From NCBI GenBank assembly GCA_964270895.1, contig OZ185441.1: a stretch of 64,000 nucleotides of DNA. The stretch is one strand, 5' to 3'. Source of the DNA: Podarcis filfolensis. Its lineage: Eukaryota. Shown here in pieces: positions 42,849 to 54,214 of the stretch; position 1 is the first letter of the stretch, and every line of letters starts with the position of its first letter. Position numbers and translations under genes: made by a program. The notes beneath the pieces are model-generated. The model made no database searches and was not told where the DNA came from. It saw nothing but the letters and a program-made list of their open reading frames with translations.

Positions 42849-45800
42849 GCCGTATAGCTTCTTAAAGCGACCGACGCCCTGGGCAGGCGTGGAAGCAACA
42901 GTTGCTCTTCTCTTCCGAGCCCACCCTTTCTTTCCTCAACCTCCCCTATCCTATGACTCCCTTTGCTGATGCCTGGAGATAGGGAAGGTTTCTGCTCTCG
43001 GGTATCTGTGGCGCCTTAAAACATTTCGCATGGATGTGAAGAAGGGCTTCAAAGACGAAAATATGTAAAGTTACCAGGCCATGAACGAGCAGCATCTGTT
43101 CAAGGGACTCTTCTTATGGACGGTCAAGACAGTTTTGTCATAAGCGTCTAGCTTTATGAATACCTCCCAAAATACATAAAATGTGATTGTAAGTATGTTT
43201 ACTCAGAAGCAAATGTGGCCGAGTGCAATGGTGCTTACTAATAAGTGTACAAGGGATTGTAACTTTAGTATTAAGGAATGGCTAGTGGTAGTGTGAAACG
43301 TCTCAAAAGCATTAAAGCCAACAAATAATATATCAGAAGGCCAGTGATCATTCCCACCATTTAGTGAATAGAAGTCTGTTTCATTTACAAACTGGTTTGC
43401 TAGTGAACCTGTTAGTCAGACTATTGCATATAGATTTCTTCAATGAGTGGTTTTGAAGCAATCTTGGTTCATTGTTATGGCCTGCAATAAATGTCTGTGA
43501 AAGGCTTCTTGGTCTTAGTAACAAATAGAGGTTTTTACCAAGTAAAAATTGAGGTTGGGATGCATTTCCAATATATTCAGCACCAGTCTAGAAACAGGTG
43601 GGCCACTTGTTGAGTGTGCAGTGCAGGCTTTATAAATTTTGCTGCAGAGGGCAAAAGACTGCACTGCTACTGCCTCAGTTGAATTCAGCAGGGCTGACTT
43701 ATGAGCTGCCATGATTAAAATTGCAGTTCTCTCTTACTAACACTTATTTACCTGGAAGTAAGCCCCATTGAATGCTTGCTTCTGAGTAGACATGACTCAG
43801 GGCAGAATATTTGCTGCCACCTGGGGCATATCCTCTAGCTCCAGCACTGCAGGTGTGTTAAATAACACTGGCATAGTTGGATCATTATCTTCTGAAGCCA
43901 CAGCTCCCTCTTTTCGTGATATCACTGCCAAAGCCAAAGGTCTAGTAAGTGAGGTTTTCCCTGTGGTGACATTGGTGGAACTAACTGTAGAAATCTCTTA
44001 AAGGATATCTGATTCCCACTGTCATTGACCATGCAGGCTGCTCTTTCAGTGACCTGACTGGACTGGTGAAAAAGCAGGTTGACCTTTTGTCACTAGCATG
44101 GTTTATTTAGTGCATTTTTACTCTGCTGTTCAGCCAAAAAGGCTTCCAGAGTAGCTTACATATTATCAATAAAAAATAAGTTTTGTAATCTAAAATACAT
44201 GACACAAAAATGAAAAAAGGATGGGGAGGAAAGAGGTGGGTAAAGCAAACTCAGACACCAAAGTTAAATAGCAGTTTTTATAGTAACCAGCTGGAATGAA
44301 AACAGTTCCAGGATAGGAGGAGCCTGACAGAACTGACCTTTCAGTAGAATGCTGATGGATTGGCCCTGCTTGACAACTGCTGCAACCTATTGGAGTGGTT
44401 GCTCTTTGGCAATCACCTCCACCTTGTTGTTGAGTCTGGTTTACATTAGGCAGGTGGTTGGTGAAGTTCAAGAGTAGATACTCAACTGGCACTGATGCTG
44501 AACAACTGAGCAGCAGGGGTTCTCTTCAAAGAACTTGACAGTGTTTGTGGTGATGAAAAGCTCTGCTGTTGCCATTTTTGTAACAGTACCATCTGACAAG
44601 GCATTTCTGGTAATTCCAGGCCATCTGTGTTTGAAGGTCAGGTTCTCTCTGTGGTTCACTATTACTTGCTTGCCATATACCGTACTTTGACAACAATGCT
44701 GGAGTTTCTTTTTGAAGTGCTGCACAAGAGGTTCCAATACGTATAACCATCATACTGCTGCAGGGAGGCAGGAGAGGAGTTCTGACCTTTCGTTGTAGAA
44801 TCTTTTCCCCCTGGGGGCTTTCAAGGGATACTGCTCATGAGGAAACTCTTACGCTATGCTTTAGCCAAACTTCTTCCTTTGCAGGGATTACAATTATTCT
44901 GTGAACCGCCCTGAGACCCCCCAGGTGTAGGGCGGTATATAATTAAATAAATAATAACTTGGTGTGAATACTAGGACCAAACTATAAGATTGGCTTTATG
45001 TATTGTCTGATGCTAATTGGCATTGAGATCTCAAATGGCTGCTTGGCTTGTGAGGGGAGAGTAACTGAAAATTTTGTCTCTCACTGATGAATTGGTAAAC
45101 TTTTGCTTACTTATTTACAGCATTTTTATACTGCACAGTAATAAGTTACCTGCATGGTAGACATTTTTTAGGATATAATATATAGACATATGAACTTAAC
45201 AAGTTAAAATAACTGCTGTTTTCTGTAGCACTTTGACCTGAACTTATGAATGTTTGATCCTGAACTGATGGACAGGTCTTCAGAGGCTGGTTCACAGCAG
45301 AAAATAGCAGGCAAAATAGGTCGGCTAATGTCAAGTGATTGACAAGTGAGTGGCCCCATGCACCTTTCAAACTTGTCCTGTGTAGGGAGATAACAATCTG
45401 TCCTACCAGTCCTGTTCTAAGGACGTGTATTTTATCAGCATGCAAACTAATGTGATTAAGGATTTAGAGGAGTCCAAAAGGGAACTTATTTTTAGCATTG
45501 ATTGTTCTGTATCAGGAGGATTGTAATTGAATTATCCTAGAATGCAATTATTATTATTATTATTTGAACTTCCTGCATATTGACTTCATGTGAGAGAGTA
45601 AGTGGTAAAGAAATAGTTATTATCTGTGGTACATATTCTGTGCACACTTTTTCATGTAGGAAAGCTATCACATGAGTAATCAAGTTAATATGTACATGTG
45701 GGTTGCTGTTTAATTAGTATTGTATATTTATGACAACAAACACTTCCATCAATTTAACAATATCCATTTTTTCAGGTGTGTTTGTTATTTCTTCTAAACC

Positions 45801-45870
45801 AATATGCTCATGATTCTGTGTAATCTCATGGAAGAGTTGGCCATTTTTACTGTTCAAAGCTACATATTAA

Positions 45871-45950
45871 GGCACTACCTTTATTAGGCCAACCATAATG
45901 TCACAAAAGTGTGTAAACTTTCAAGTTCCCCAGAATTCTTCCACTGGCTA
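45871..45950 (-). mobile_element. Degenerate Penelope-like terminal repeat with decayed hammerhead
   Basis: Minus strand reads ccagtgga-agaattc-tggg-gaactt-gaaa-gttt...ttggcctaataaagg: hammerhead layout with a mutated CUGAUGA core. Confidence 0.45.
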
Positions 45951-47151
45951 GATTATGAAAAAAAGGCAAGGGGGAGAGGGGGAAAGGCTGTTATTCAAGC
46001 CATCTTTGTCTGCACCTGATAGAGTCTTAAATGTGGGAGGAGGTAGCAGACATTCAAATGAGACCCTTTCAGGTGTTTTGCATGTATCAGGTTGCAACCC
46101 AAGCCTTCTGGGAAGGAGAAAAGACATAATGATTGAGTCTCCATTTCTGCAAATGCACAACCACCCCTTGCTGCTTAGTTTTGCCTCCATCCTTTGGTGA
46201 AAAACACAGGTTCCTTTGGTAGGTAGAGAATAATAATAAAAATGCAGTCATTATACAAAAATTGGTAGAGATAAAATATAGCTGCTGTGCTAGGTGAAAA
46301 AGTAAACAAAACCCAAATTGGGTAGCTTTACCCGGTGGCTGGAGGGAATTCTCCCTTTAATAATAAAATACCATCTCCAGGTGCTATAAAATCCTTTCCC
46401 TCTAGTTTAGGATTCTGGCTAAATTTGGGGTGTTTTCCATGTTACAAAAAACAAACAAACAAGCCAAGGTTAACTTGTGCCATAAAGAAAACTCCACAAT
46501 ATATATTAAGGCAATGCCTTTATTGAGCCAACCAAAATGTTATAAAGGCCTGTGGAATTATAAATCATGGTACAGATGGGAACGTGTAACTGCCAATTTT
46601 CACATGTAATTGTTGGAATAATTTGAACATCGTGAATTAGAAGCTTAATAATGACGCACGATGCTAGATGTGTATTGTTAAAAATAATTACTCTAGTGTG
46701 TGTGAAGGCAAGCAGAAGGAAGGGTTAGAAGCTAGTTGGTACCTCCATCAATGAGGGAAATAATGGTAAAGGATATCCCTGCACTTATACTGCCTCTGGA
46801 TTATAGTTTTGGAGTTCCTGGAAAAATGATTGTGCTGGGCTGCTGCTTGCCACACTTCAGTGTGGTTTTGTTTTAAACAATCTTGTTTGGGCAGGCCTCT
46901 TGTCAGCTTGTCCCGTTGACTATTCAGAAACCACATGTGTGGTTTTCTTGTGTTGTAAGACTACAGTAAGATCTTGAAAAGAATAGATAATAAAAGAGGT
47001 TGTATTTTTTTCCTGTCTCATTTGCACGTTTCTGATGATTTCTGAGTAATTCAAAGTTCTTAATAAAGTAGCTCTTAGAAAAATGAATTTCTGTTGTTGA
47101 AGGTTGCATCTGATGGATCAATAACCCTATATCACTTCCAAAATTGAAAAA

Positions 47152-47253
47152 ATGATGCCTGAGGACCTAGACCAGTTTCTTGAAGAACAAAAAGCAAAGC
47201 TGGCACAAGACAAAGCAAAGCTTGACAATGATCCACCTTACATGGAAATGCAG
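47152..47253 (+). CDS. CSPP1: CSPP1 first coding exon ([34 protein letters not shown]); exon starts at 47103
   Basis: aaaATGATG start, CAG|gtagga donor, acceptor ttgttgaag|G at 47102/47103. Confidence 0.9.
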
Positions 47254-47540
47254 GTAGGAAATTGATACTTTATTTTTTAAAAATGGATGAAGAATATTAT
47301 GACTGTTCTCCTGTATGTAAACAAGTCTGGAAGATAGTGTTTTCACCAGTGGCAATCCCTCTTTAGAAAATGCTAGGGAAATTCTGAAGTCCCTCTGTTG
47401 CATTGCAATGCAACCTACAAAGTAAAACAAGGTTGTCAAACCTCTGGCTCTCCAGATGTTATTGGACTTTGACTCCCATCAACCTCAGCTGGCATGGCCA
47501 ACAGTCTAGGGCCACAGGTGCCACACCCCTGAACTAAATA

Positions 47541-48039
47541 CAGTGGAACTTTGCTTCTCAAACACCTTGGTACTCAAACAACTTGAAACCCAAAAAATTC
47601 AAACCCTGAAGTAAGTGTTCCGGTTTGCAAAATTTTTTGAGAAGCTGAACGTGCTTCGTTTTGAGTGTTACGCTTCTGATTTGAGTGCCGCACTTCCGTT
47701 TTGAGTGTTATGCTGAGGTCTGTCTGTTTTTGATATTTATTTTGTGTTTTTGTTTTTGTGGCTTTTTTGTTTTGTTTTTGTGACTGTGTGGAACCCAGTT
47801 CAGCTACGGATTGATTGATTGATTGATTGTGTGACTGCAGTACAATGTTTATTGCTTTCATTTTATGGATCAATGGTCTTGTTAGATAGTAAAAATCATG
47901 CTAAAGTACTGTTTTAGGGGTTGTTTTTAAAAGTCTGGAACGGATTAATCGATTTTGCATTATTTTCTATGGGAAAGCGTGCCTTGGTTTTGGAATGGAC
48001 TTCCGGAACAGATTAAGTTTCAGAACTATGGTACTACTG
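47541..48039. mobile_element. Tigger/pogo-like MITE (about 500 bp, degenerate TIRs, TA TSD) in a CSPP1 intron
   Basis: ta|cagtggaactttg ... tatggtactactg|ta; internal segment shared with the 19924 element (ttccggaac..attaagtt). Confidence 0.7.
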
Positions 48040-48101
48040 TAAAGTTATTATAGTGACAGCATGTTAATTCTGTCTGCGTTACACTTTTTTTTCCTTTTCA
48101 G

Positions 48102-48198
48102 AACAAAAGTGCAGAGAAGCTTTCTGAGACCAGCAAAATGTTAATAGCCATGGCTAAAGAAAACATTCCACCAAATAGTCAACAGACTAGTATACACG
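48102..48198 (+). CDS. CSPP1: CSPP1 exon ([32 protein letters not shown])
   Basis: ttccttttcag|AAC, G|gtattt, 97 nt. Confidence 0.9.
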
Positions 48199-48665
48199 GT
48201 ATTTGCAATTTTTTTTAATTAAAAAAATGCTTATTGTATTACATTAAGAGAGAACATTACTGTATTTACTGTCACTTTATTTCCTAATGTAGTCCCACAC
48301 CTAACTACTCAAAGTCAAATATATATAAGTGGTGGTCCTTTCCACCAATGTGAAGCAGGGAAAGAGAACTATGCACATAGTACTATATACTCATAATAAG
48401 AAACCGCAACAGAGTTAATAATATCTTTTCTCGACACAGAGGGATTCCTGTGCAGCTGGGTTGTGTTTTTGGAGAGATACTGTTTCTGAGGCAATGTGGC
48501 TTTACTGATACTGTGCTATGAAGCACAGTTGCATTTAGTTGTAATGGCAGGTCTTTGGGTGTCCCTTGCATAGTCACGCTATGGCCTGCCTTCTTACCTT
48601 GGTTGCCATTGGTTGCAATAGCTGAGATTCCTTACTCAATGGATAAAATACAGTCTGAATATACC

Positions 48666-48898
48666 CTTAAAAGGTAAAGGGACCCCTGACCATTAGGTCC
48701 AGTCGTGGCCGACTCTGGGGCTGCAGCGCTCATCTCGCTTTATTGGCCAAGGGAGCCGGCGTACAGCTTCCGGGTCATGTGGGCAGCATGACTAAGCCAC
48801 TTCTGGTGAACCAGAGCAGTGCACGGAAATGCCGTTTACCTTCCTGCCGGAGTGGTACCTATTTATCTGTGGTTTAACCCACAGCGCCACCCGCGTCC
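48666..48898 (-). mobile_element. Sauria-type SINE with internal deletion; 11-bp TSD CTGAATATACC
   Basis: TSD at 48655-48665 and 48899-48909; both ends present, about 120-130 nt missing relative to the 54215 copy. Confidence 0.88.
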
Positions 48899-51800
48899 CT
48901 GAATATACCTCTGGCGTTCAGTAAATACTTAGAGGTACATACAAAGTAGAGCATATACAGCTTTTAATATCTTTGAAATGGCGTTGTTTTTATAGTCTTC
49001 TTTTGCAGCATTAAGTTATTTAAATTAGAAAGATTGTACTTTTCATTGGCATTGCCTCTTTCATGTGCATTACATTGCTTTCTTTAAAATATATAAATAT
49101 TCTAGCTGCCTATATTGCATTTCCCAGCCTCTGCATTTTCAGGTGTCTCTTTTTCTCAGTAGCTTACTGTCTGCTTGTTTTTCCTCTGCAATTTCCATCC
49201 TCATATGCACCAATTCCTTTTTCATTTTGGGCTTAGGGAGAGATACCTCCTACAGAGGGTTCTTGCAGCAAGTTTATCGTTGCTTAGCAACACCTTTCAT
49301 CTCTCTCAGTGTGTAGTTCTATGCTGCTTAAATTTAATTTATTCTCATACATGCTGTCATGCTGCTATTTTTTGTGGCTTCCATCAGTGATCAAGGTCCC
49401 CCCCCCCCAATCTTGGTAATGACATTTGAGCTTGCTATATAAATGTCCATGGAAATGGGTACTGATCTAATTAGAAACTGAAATCGCAGACCCTTTGTTT
49501 AGGTGAGGAAGGTAATGTTAAAGTAGACCTTTAGTTAAGTTCTGCGTTCATTCTTTCAGAAAGCAAAGTAAGAGCCATGTTGCTTCATATCAAAGCAATT
49601 GGGTTTTCAAATTCAGATAGTAGAAGTACCAGCACGCTAGCTGTGGAAAACATGTCCTGTCTGCAAGTTATAACAGCAGTAGTACCTTAGATCGATATTG
49701 AGGCTGGCATTATGCATTCTCTTTTGCTTGACAAGCCCTGTCACTCAAAAGGCAGACTGAAGCTCTTTAAACAAATGGTTAGGGGCTACTCAAGGACACG
49801 CAGTACCGGCATCTCTGTTTGTTGTTGCTAAAAATTGTGGCAGTTTCTGTACCAGCACTTCATGGTGTATACTAGCACCTATTTTTCTACAAAAAAAGCA
49901 CTGTAAACGGTACTTAGTAATTAACTTTAGGTCCCCTTAATCATATAGATAATATTTTGTTTAAAGTTTGCAGATAAAGCCCTACAGCTGATTACAACTG
50001 TGAGAATCCCCTTCTAAGTCCTTGGGCCTTGAAGCTGTCTCCACTGTTTATCCAAGACAAGGCTACAAGATGGTCTGATCAATGACATCTAATAGCTAGA
50101 TACGTAACTCGAATATGTGTGTCATGTAGCAAACCGGTAACATGAGCCACTGACACTTGGTGGCTAAAGATGTGGATTCGGCAGCTTTCTGTTCAAATAT
50201 TGATTCTAGCATGGACTTGCTTTGTGCGGTTTTTGGCAAGTCACTCTTTGGGTGCCAGTTCTTCATCTGACCAAATGAATAAGACACTGACCTATTTTGC
50301 AGGAATGTTTGGGCAAAACACAATATATTGTGTATGTTTGGAAGTTAAAAGTTACAGATAAAGGATACTTCTGCTACTAAGAAATTGAGAGACATTAACC
50401 CAGAGATATACATCTAGGATAAAAGTATCTCCACACTTGCTGAAAAGTGGCTACTATAAATACATGGAATTCTGTATTTAGACCATAGCAGACAATGTCC
50501 TTTCAGATGGAGAAATTAAGCTAAGGAACCTGCTTCCGGGTCTGCTCTGCCTTAATGGAGGCAGCCCCCACAACAGCGGGAGATTGTTGGCGAAGGAAAA
50601 AACCTAAGGATGATTGAGAGTAATCATCCTTGCAAATTTCCCCCAGGGATGGGGGAATGGGCTTCACTCACAGTTCATCTTGGTACCTGACTCTTGCTCT
50701 GGCATCGAATACAGGGGTCAGGAAGACGCTGAGTGCAAAAGTACTTCACCTGCCGAAAGCCACCACCGCCATTAAGAAGCAGAGGTTTTTCTGTTAACTA
50801 GAGCTTAATTGGAGCATGCTAAAAGAGATGAGATCACAAACTGCAGAACAAACCAACTGCAAGGACTTTAAGGTGCAAAAGACGGTGTAATTGAAAACTC
50901 ATAAAAATTTATTATTAATCTAAGGAACCAATTAATTATCCAATGGTTCCAACCAACACTACAATCTGATATCCATCCTGCCTTCCCTCTCTTGAAATGA
51001 GAGCCTTTAATATCAGCCAAAGAAAGTAGAAAGAGAGTTTTGCCAGAAAATGAAATCTTACATTAAATATTGACAATATTGACTGGTGGTAGGAGGGTTT
51101 GCTTGACCCATTTTCTTGCTGACACTCCCCACCCTCCTAAGTTGCTTTTCCTTCCTGCAGGAGAAAATCCTCTCTGCTGTAAAAAGGCTCCTTGGTTGAA
51201 GTAGAATGGTAATATCTTAGTTCCTCCAGCATTGTCATTTGTTATGATGAAATTCTTCTGCCACATAGCTGCATTTGCTATAAAAGCCAGAAAAGTTATC
51301 TTGCTGACTTCTTCCTGTCTGTAAAAATCTCCCAATGAGTCAGCCGTTTGGAATTAAATTTAGTGCAAGCTGGTCCTATTTTTCCACTTTTGAAAGACTA
51401 ATAGATTTTATGGGTAAGCTTAGAAGTCTGAGAAATAGCGCTTAATCTGGTGGTACACTTTTACTGTAAATGTTCAAGTTTAGACTTATGTGCCAATATG
51501 TTGACAGTAATCTGACAGTAGGTTAAATGACATCACTATAAATGACCTTAAAATAACAATTAAGTGTTGCTCACTCTCAGAGGCCACTGAGGAAACACCA
51601 TGACAGCACCAAAAAATGTATGTCTTCTGTATTTATTTTTTCATCTTTAAGCTGTTGTATGTTAGGATATAAGATACATTCTGGCTACAGCTGGTGGAAG
51701 TTTTAGTCCTAAAGTTCTGGAGGGCACCAGCTTGGGATGGCTGGATCAGACTAATGGTTGTCTAGCTCTGTGTTGTATTTTCTGTCAGTGGCCAGCTGGG

Positions 51801-52760
51801 TGCCTATGAGAATCTCACAAGCTGGACATGATGGTGATGTCCTTCTTCTGTTTGTTCTAGCAATTGGTATCTAATGATAAACCACCTCTGTCATTGGGAG
51901 TTCCATTTAGCGGATGTTAACACTTTTATGCCACACTTCAACAAACTATATTAGAGGGGGGAAAGCAATAGCATATTCTACTGACTAATGCAGGGCTTTA
52001 GCTGACAACGTAAACTAGGTACTACATGTGATGCTACTTACTAGTCAAGATTGTTCCCAGCTGCAGTTAGCTAAATATTTATTTTACAGTCTTGCCGTTG
52101 TACATATCTCTCTGCCTTTCTGTCAGCTGCAATGATGTTATAGGGTTAGCTTTGGTTGAAATAGTCCTATGATGTCACAAACAACAAACTTATGCAGAGG
52201 ATGTGGCCATTTTTGTTACACAGTATAATGTGCATTATGAGGTGCAAAAGTTAAATTGTTGTCATGTGCCCTCAGTTGCATAGTTTCCATGAACCAGAAT
52301 AGAGATTGGGAACTTTTTGGCCTTCCATATATTGCTGTCTCCAGCCACCATGGCTAACGGTCAAGAATTATGGGGGCTGTAGTCCAACAACATATGGAGG
52401 ACTATAGGATCTCCATCCCTGAACTCGAACTTTGTTTGAAAGTGTTTAAAATTATATATGTCTAAAGGTTTCATCCTTTGAAAATACTCCGCATATACCA
52501 GTGTTGAAACATGAACTAACTTTGAGACAACTACATAGTTCACTCTTTTGGAATTATCTCAGTGATTAGCTCAGCTAATTTTTTCTTTAAAGTAATACTG
52601 CTCTTTGGTTCCTTGGAATGTTATTGTAAGGTGTGTTTCTTTTAAATGGATACAGTTAGAGCGGCATACATTGATCTAATAAATTGTTTCATTCCGTTTG
52701 TAGATCATTTTCTTTCGAAATAGCGTATCAACCCTCACTTTCCTTCCAGATAAATATACT

Positions 52761-52979
52761 AAAAACAAAAAAAAAATATTTTCCTTCCAGTAGCACCTTA
52801 AAGACCAACTAAGTTAGTTCTTGGTATGAGCTTTCGTGTGCATGTATCTGAAGAAGTGTGCATGCACACGAAAGCTCATACTAAGAACTAACTTAGTTGG
52901 TCTTTAAGGTGTTACTGGAAGGAAAAAAATTTTTTTTGTTTTGACTATGGCAGACCAACACGGCTACCTATCTGTAACT
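52761..52979 (+). mobile_element. Fold-back Penelope-like terminal-repeat insertion; 13-bp TSD AGATAAATATACT (52748-52760 / 52980-52992)
   Basis: Inverted arms 52761-52844 and 52861-52942, a unique tail ending TATCTGTAAC, an exact TSD and an embedded hammerhead motif. Confidence 0.88.
52844..52881 (+). ncRNA. Minimal type I hammerhead ribozyme motif (Penelope-like-element type); predicted cleavage after C52877
   Basis: Stem I GUAU(52844-47)/AUAC(52878-81); core CUGAAGA (52848-54); stem II GUGUG/CACAC with CAUG loop; GAAA (52870-73); 1-bp stem III A-GC-U; CUC cleavage triplet. Confidence 0.8.
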
Positions 52980-53143
52980 AGATAAATATACTGTTCTGTT
53001 TCACTGTTTCTTAAAAATAAATAAATAGAAATTTACATAGTTTAATCCGAGGTAGCTTTAATCGCTCCTCTTTCACTGCTTTTTATAGCCAGCTTCCATT
53101 GCTTCACAACTCCGAGATTTCTTTAGTGACTTTGAAAGGGGAA

Positions 53144-53386
53144 AACGTAAGAACATAAGAAGAGCCTACTGGATCAGGCCAATGGTCTGTCTAGTTCTGT
53201 AATCCAGTTCTCATAGTGGCCAAGCAGATGTCTACGGGAAATTCTTAAGCAGGACCCTAGCACAAGAGCACTCTCCCCTCCTGCGGTTTCCAGCAACTGG
53301 TATTCAGGAGCATACTGCCTCTGACCATGGAGGCAGATCACAGACATTGTGGCCAGTAGCCATTGACAACCTTATTCTCCATGAAT
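53144..53386 (-). mobile_element. CR1 LINE 3' end
   Basis: taagaacataagaagagcctactggatcaggccaatgg... (reverse of the TTCTTATG tail). Confidence 0.8.
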
Positions 53387-54214
53387 GAGAATTAGGCTAA
53401 TCTTACCAGATTTTTTTCAATGAATCCTGGGACACTTTTCAACTTCAATGGATTTTGTATGGGGACTGATTTGTAAATCCGGGGACTGTCCCCCGGGAAA
53501 GGGGGACGTCTGGTAACCTTAAATTAGGCATTTGTCATAACCATGTGAAAAGTTGCTTTTGGCATTTTATTAAAGGACTAATAATGCTTTAGGTTTACAT
53601 GTTCTGATTGATATGCTTTGGGAGTTCTGCCATATGCATATTCACTGTGAAATAGGATCACATATGTGGCTTAAGAAATAAGTCTGATAGTATCCAACTA
53701 AGTTTCACTCAGAGTAAACCCATTGAAATTAATGAGCATGACCAAGTTGGGTCCATTAATGTTAATGTGTCTACTCTGAGTATAATTTATTTGAATACAG
53801 CCTTTAAGTATATCTCAAAAATATCGCAAATATACACAAGGTTGCCATTTCCATCATCTAGCTAGAGTGGCCAACCTTTAGTCACAATTTTTTTGGAAGT
53901 GCCTGTCAAGAGATAATCTTGCCAAGTTTTTCACCTTGGAGAAGAATGCATTCCCTTCTTTTCCTTTCTGAAGCTGCATGCAGATAAGATTAGGAAGGGG
54001 ATACATGTACTGTGGGTTCAGCTATGGAATAGGGGACAGCAAATGTCAGAACTCTTAAAAGCTTCATATGCCAGAACTCTTAAAGGCACTGTTTGGGGAG
54101 GAGCAGAGTTTGCAATTGCCTTTTATGTTCGGCAAAATTATTTTGTATCATTGAACAATATATACTGTACTTCGTATTGATTAATGGGCAGGCCTTGTAG
54201 TTAATTGGTGGTAA

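Larger units (their letters stand above)
41800..42920. promoter_or_regulatory. CSPP1: CpG island, CSPP1 promoter and non-coding first exon (candidate donors CCG|GTAACT at 42467/42468 and GGG|GTGAGG at 42563/42564)
   Basis: CpG-dense block 4.2 kb upstream of the first coding exon; exon limits uncertain. Confidence 0.75.

Noticed and set aside
42098-42898. Long overlapping ORFs (173, 189, 136 aa) on both strands
   Set aside because: Expected by-product of a stop-poor CpG island; the SLSLSL/RERERE runs come from the (GA)n repeat; no recognisable protein
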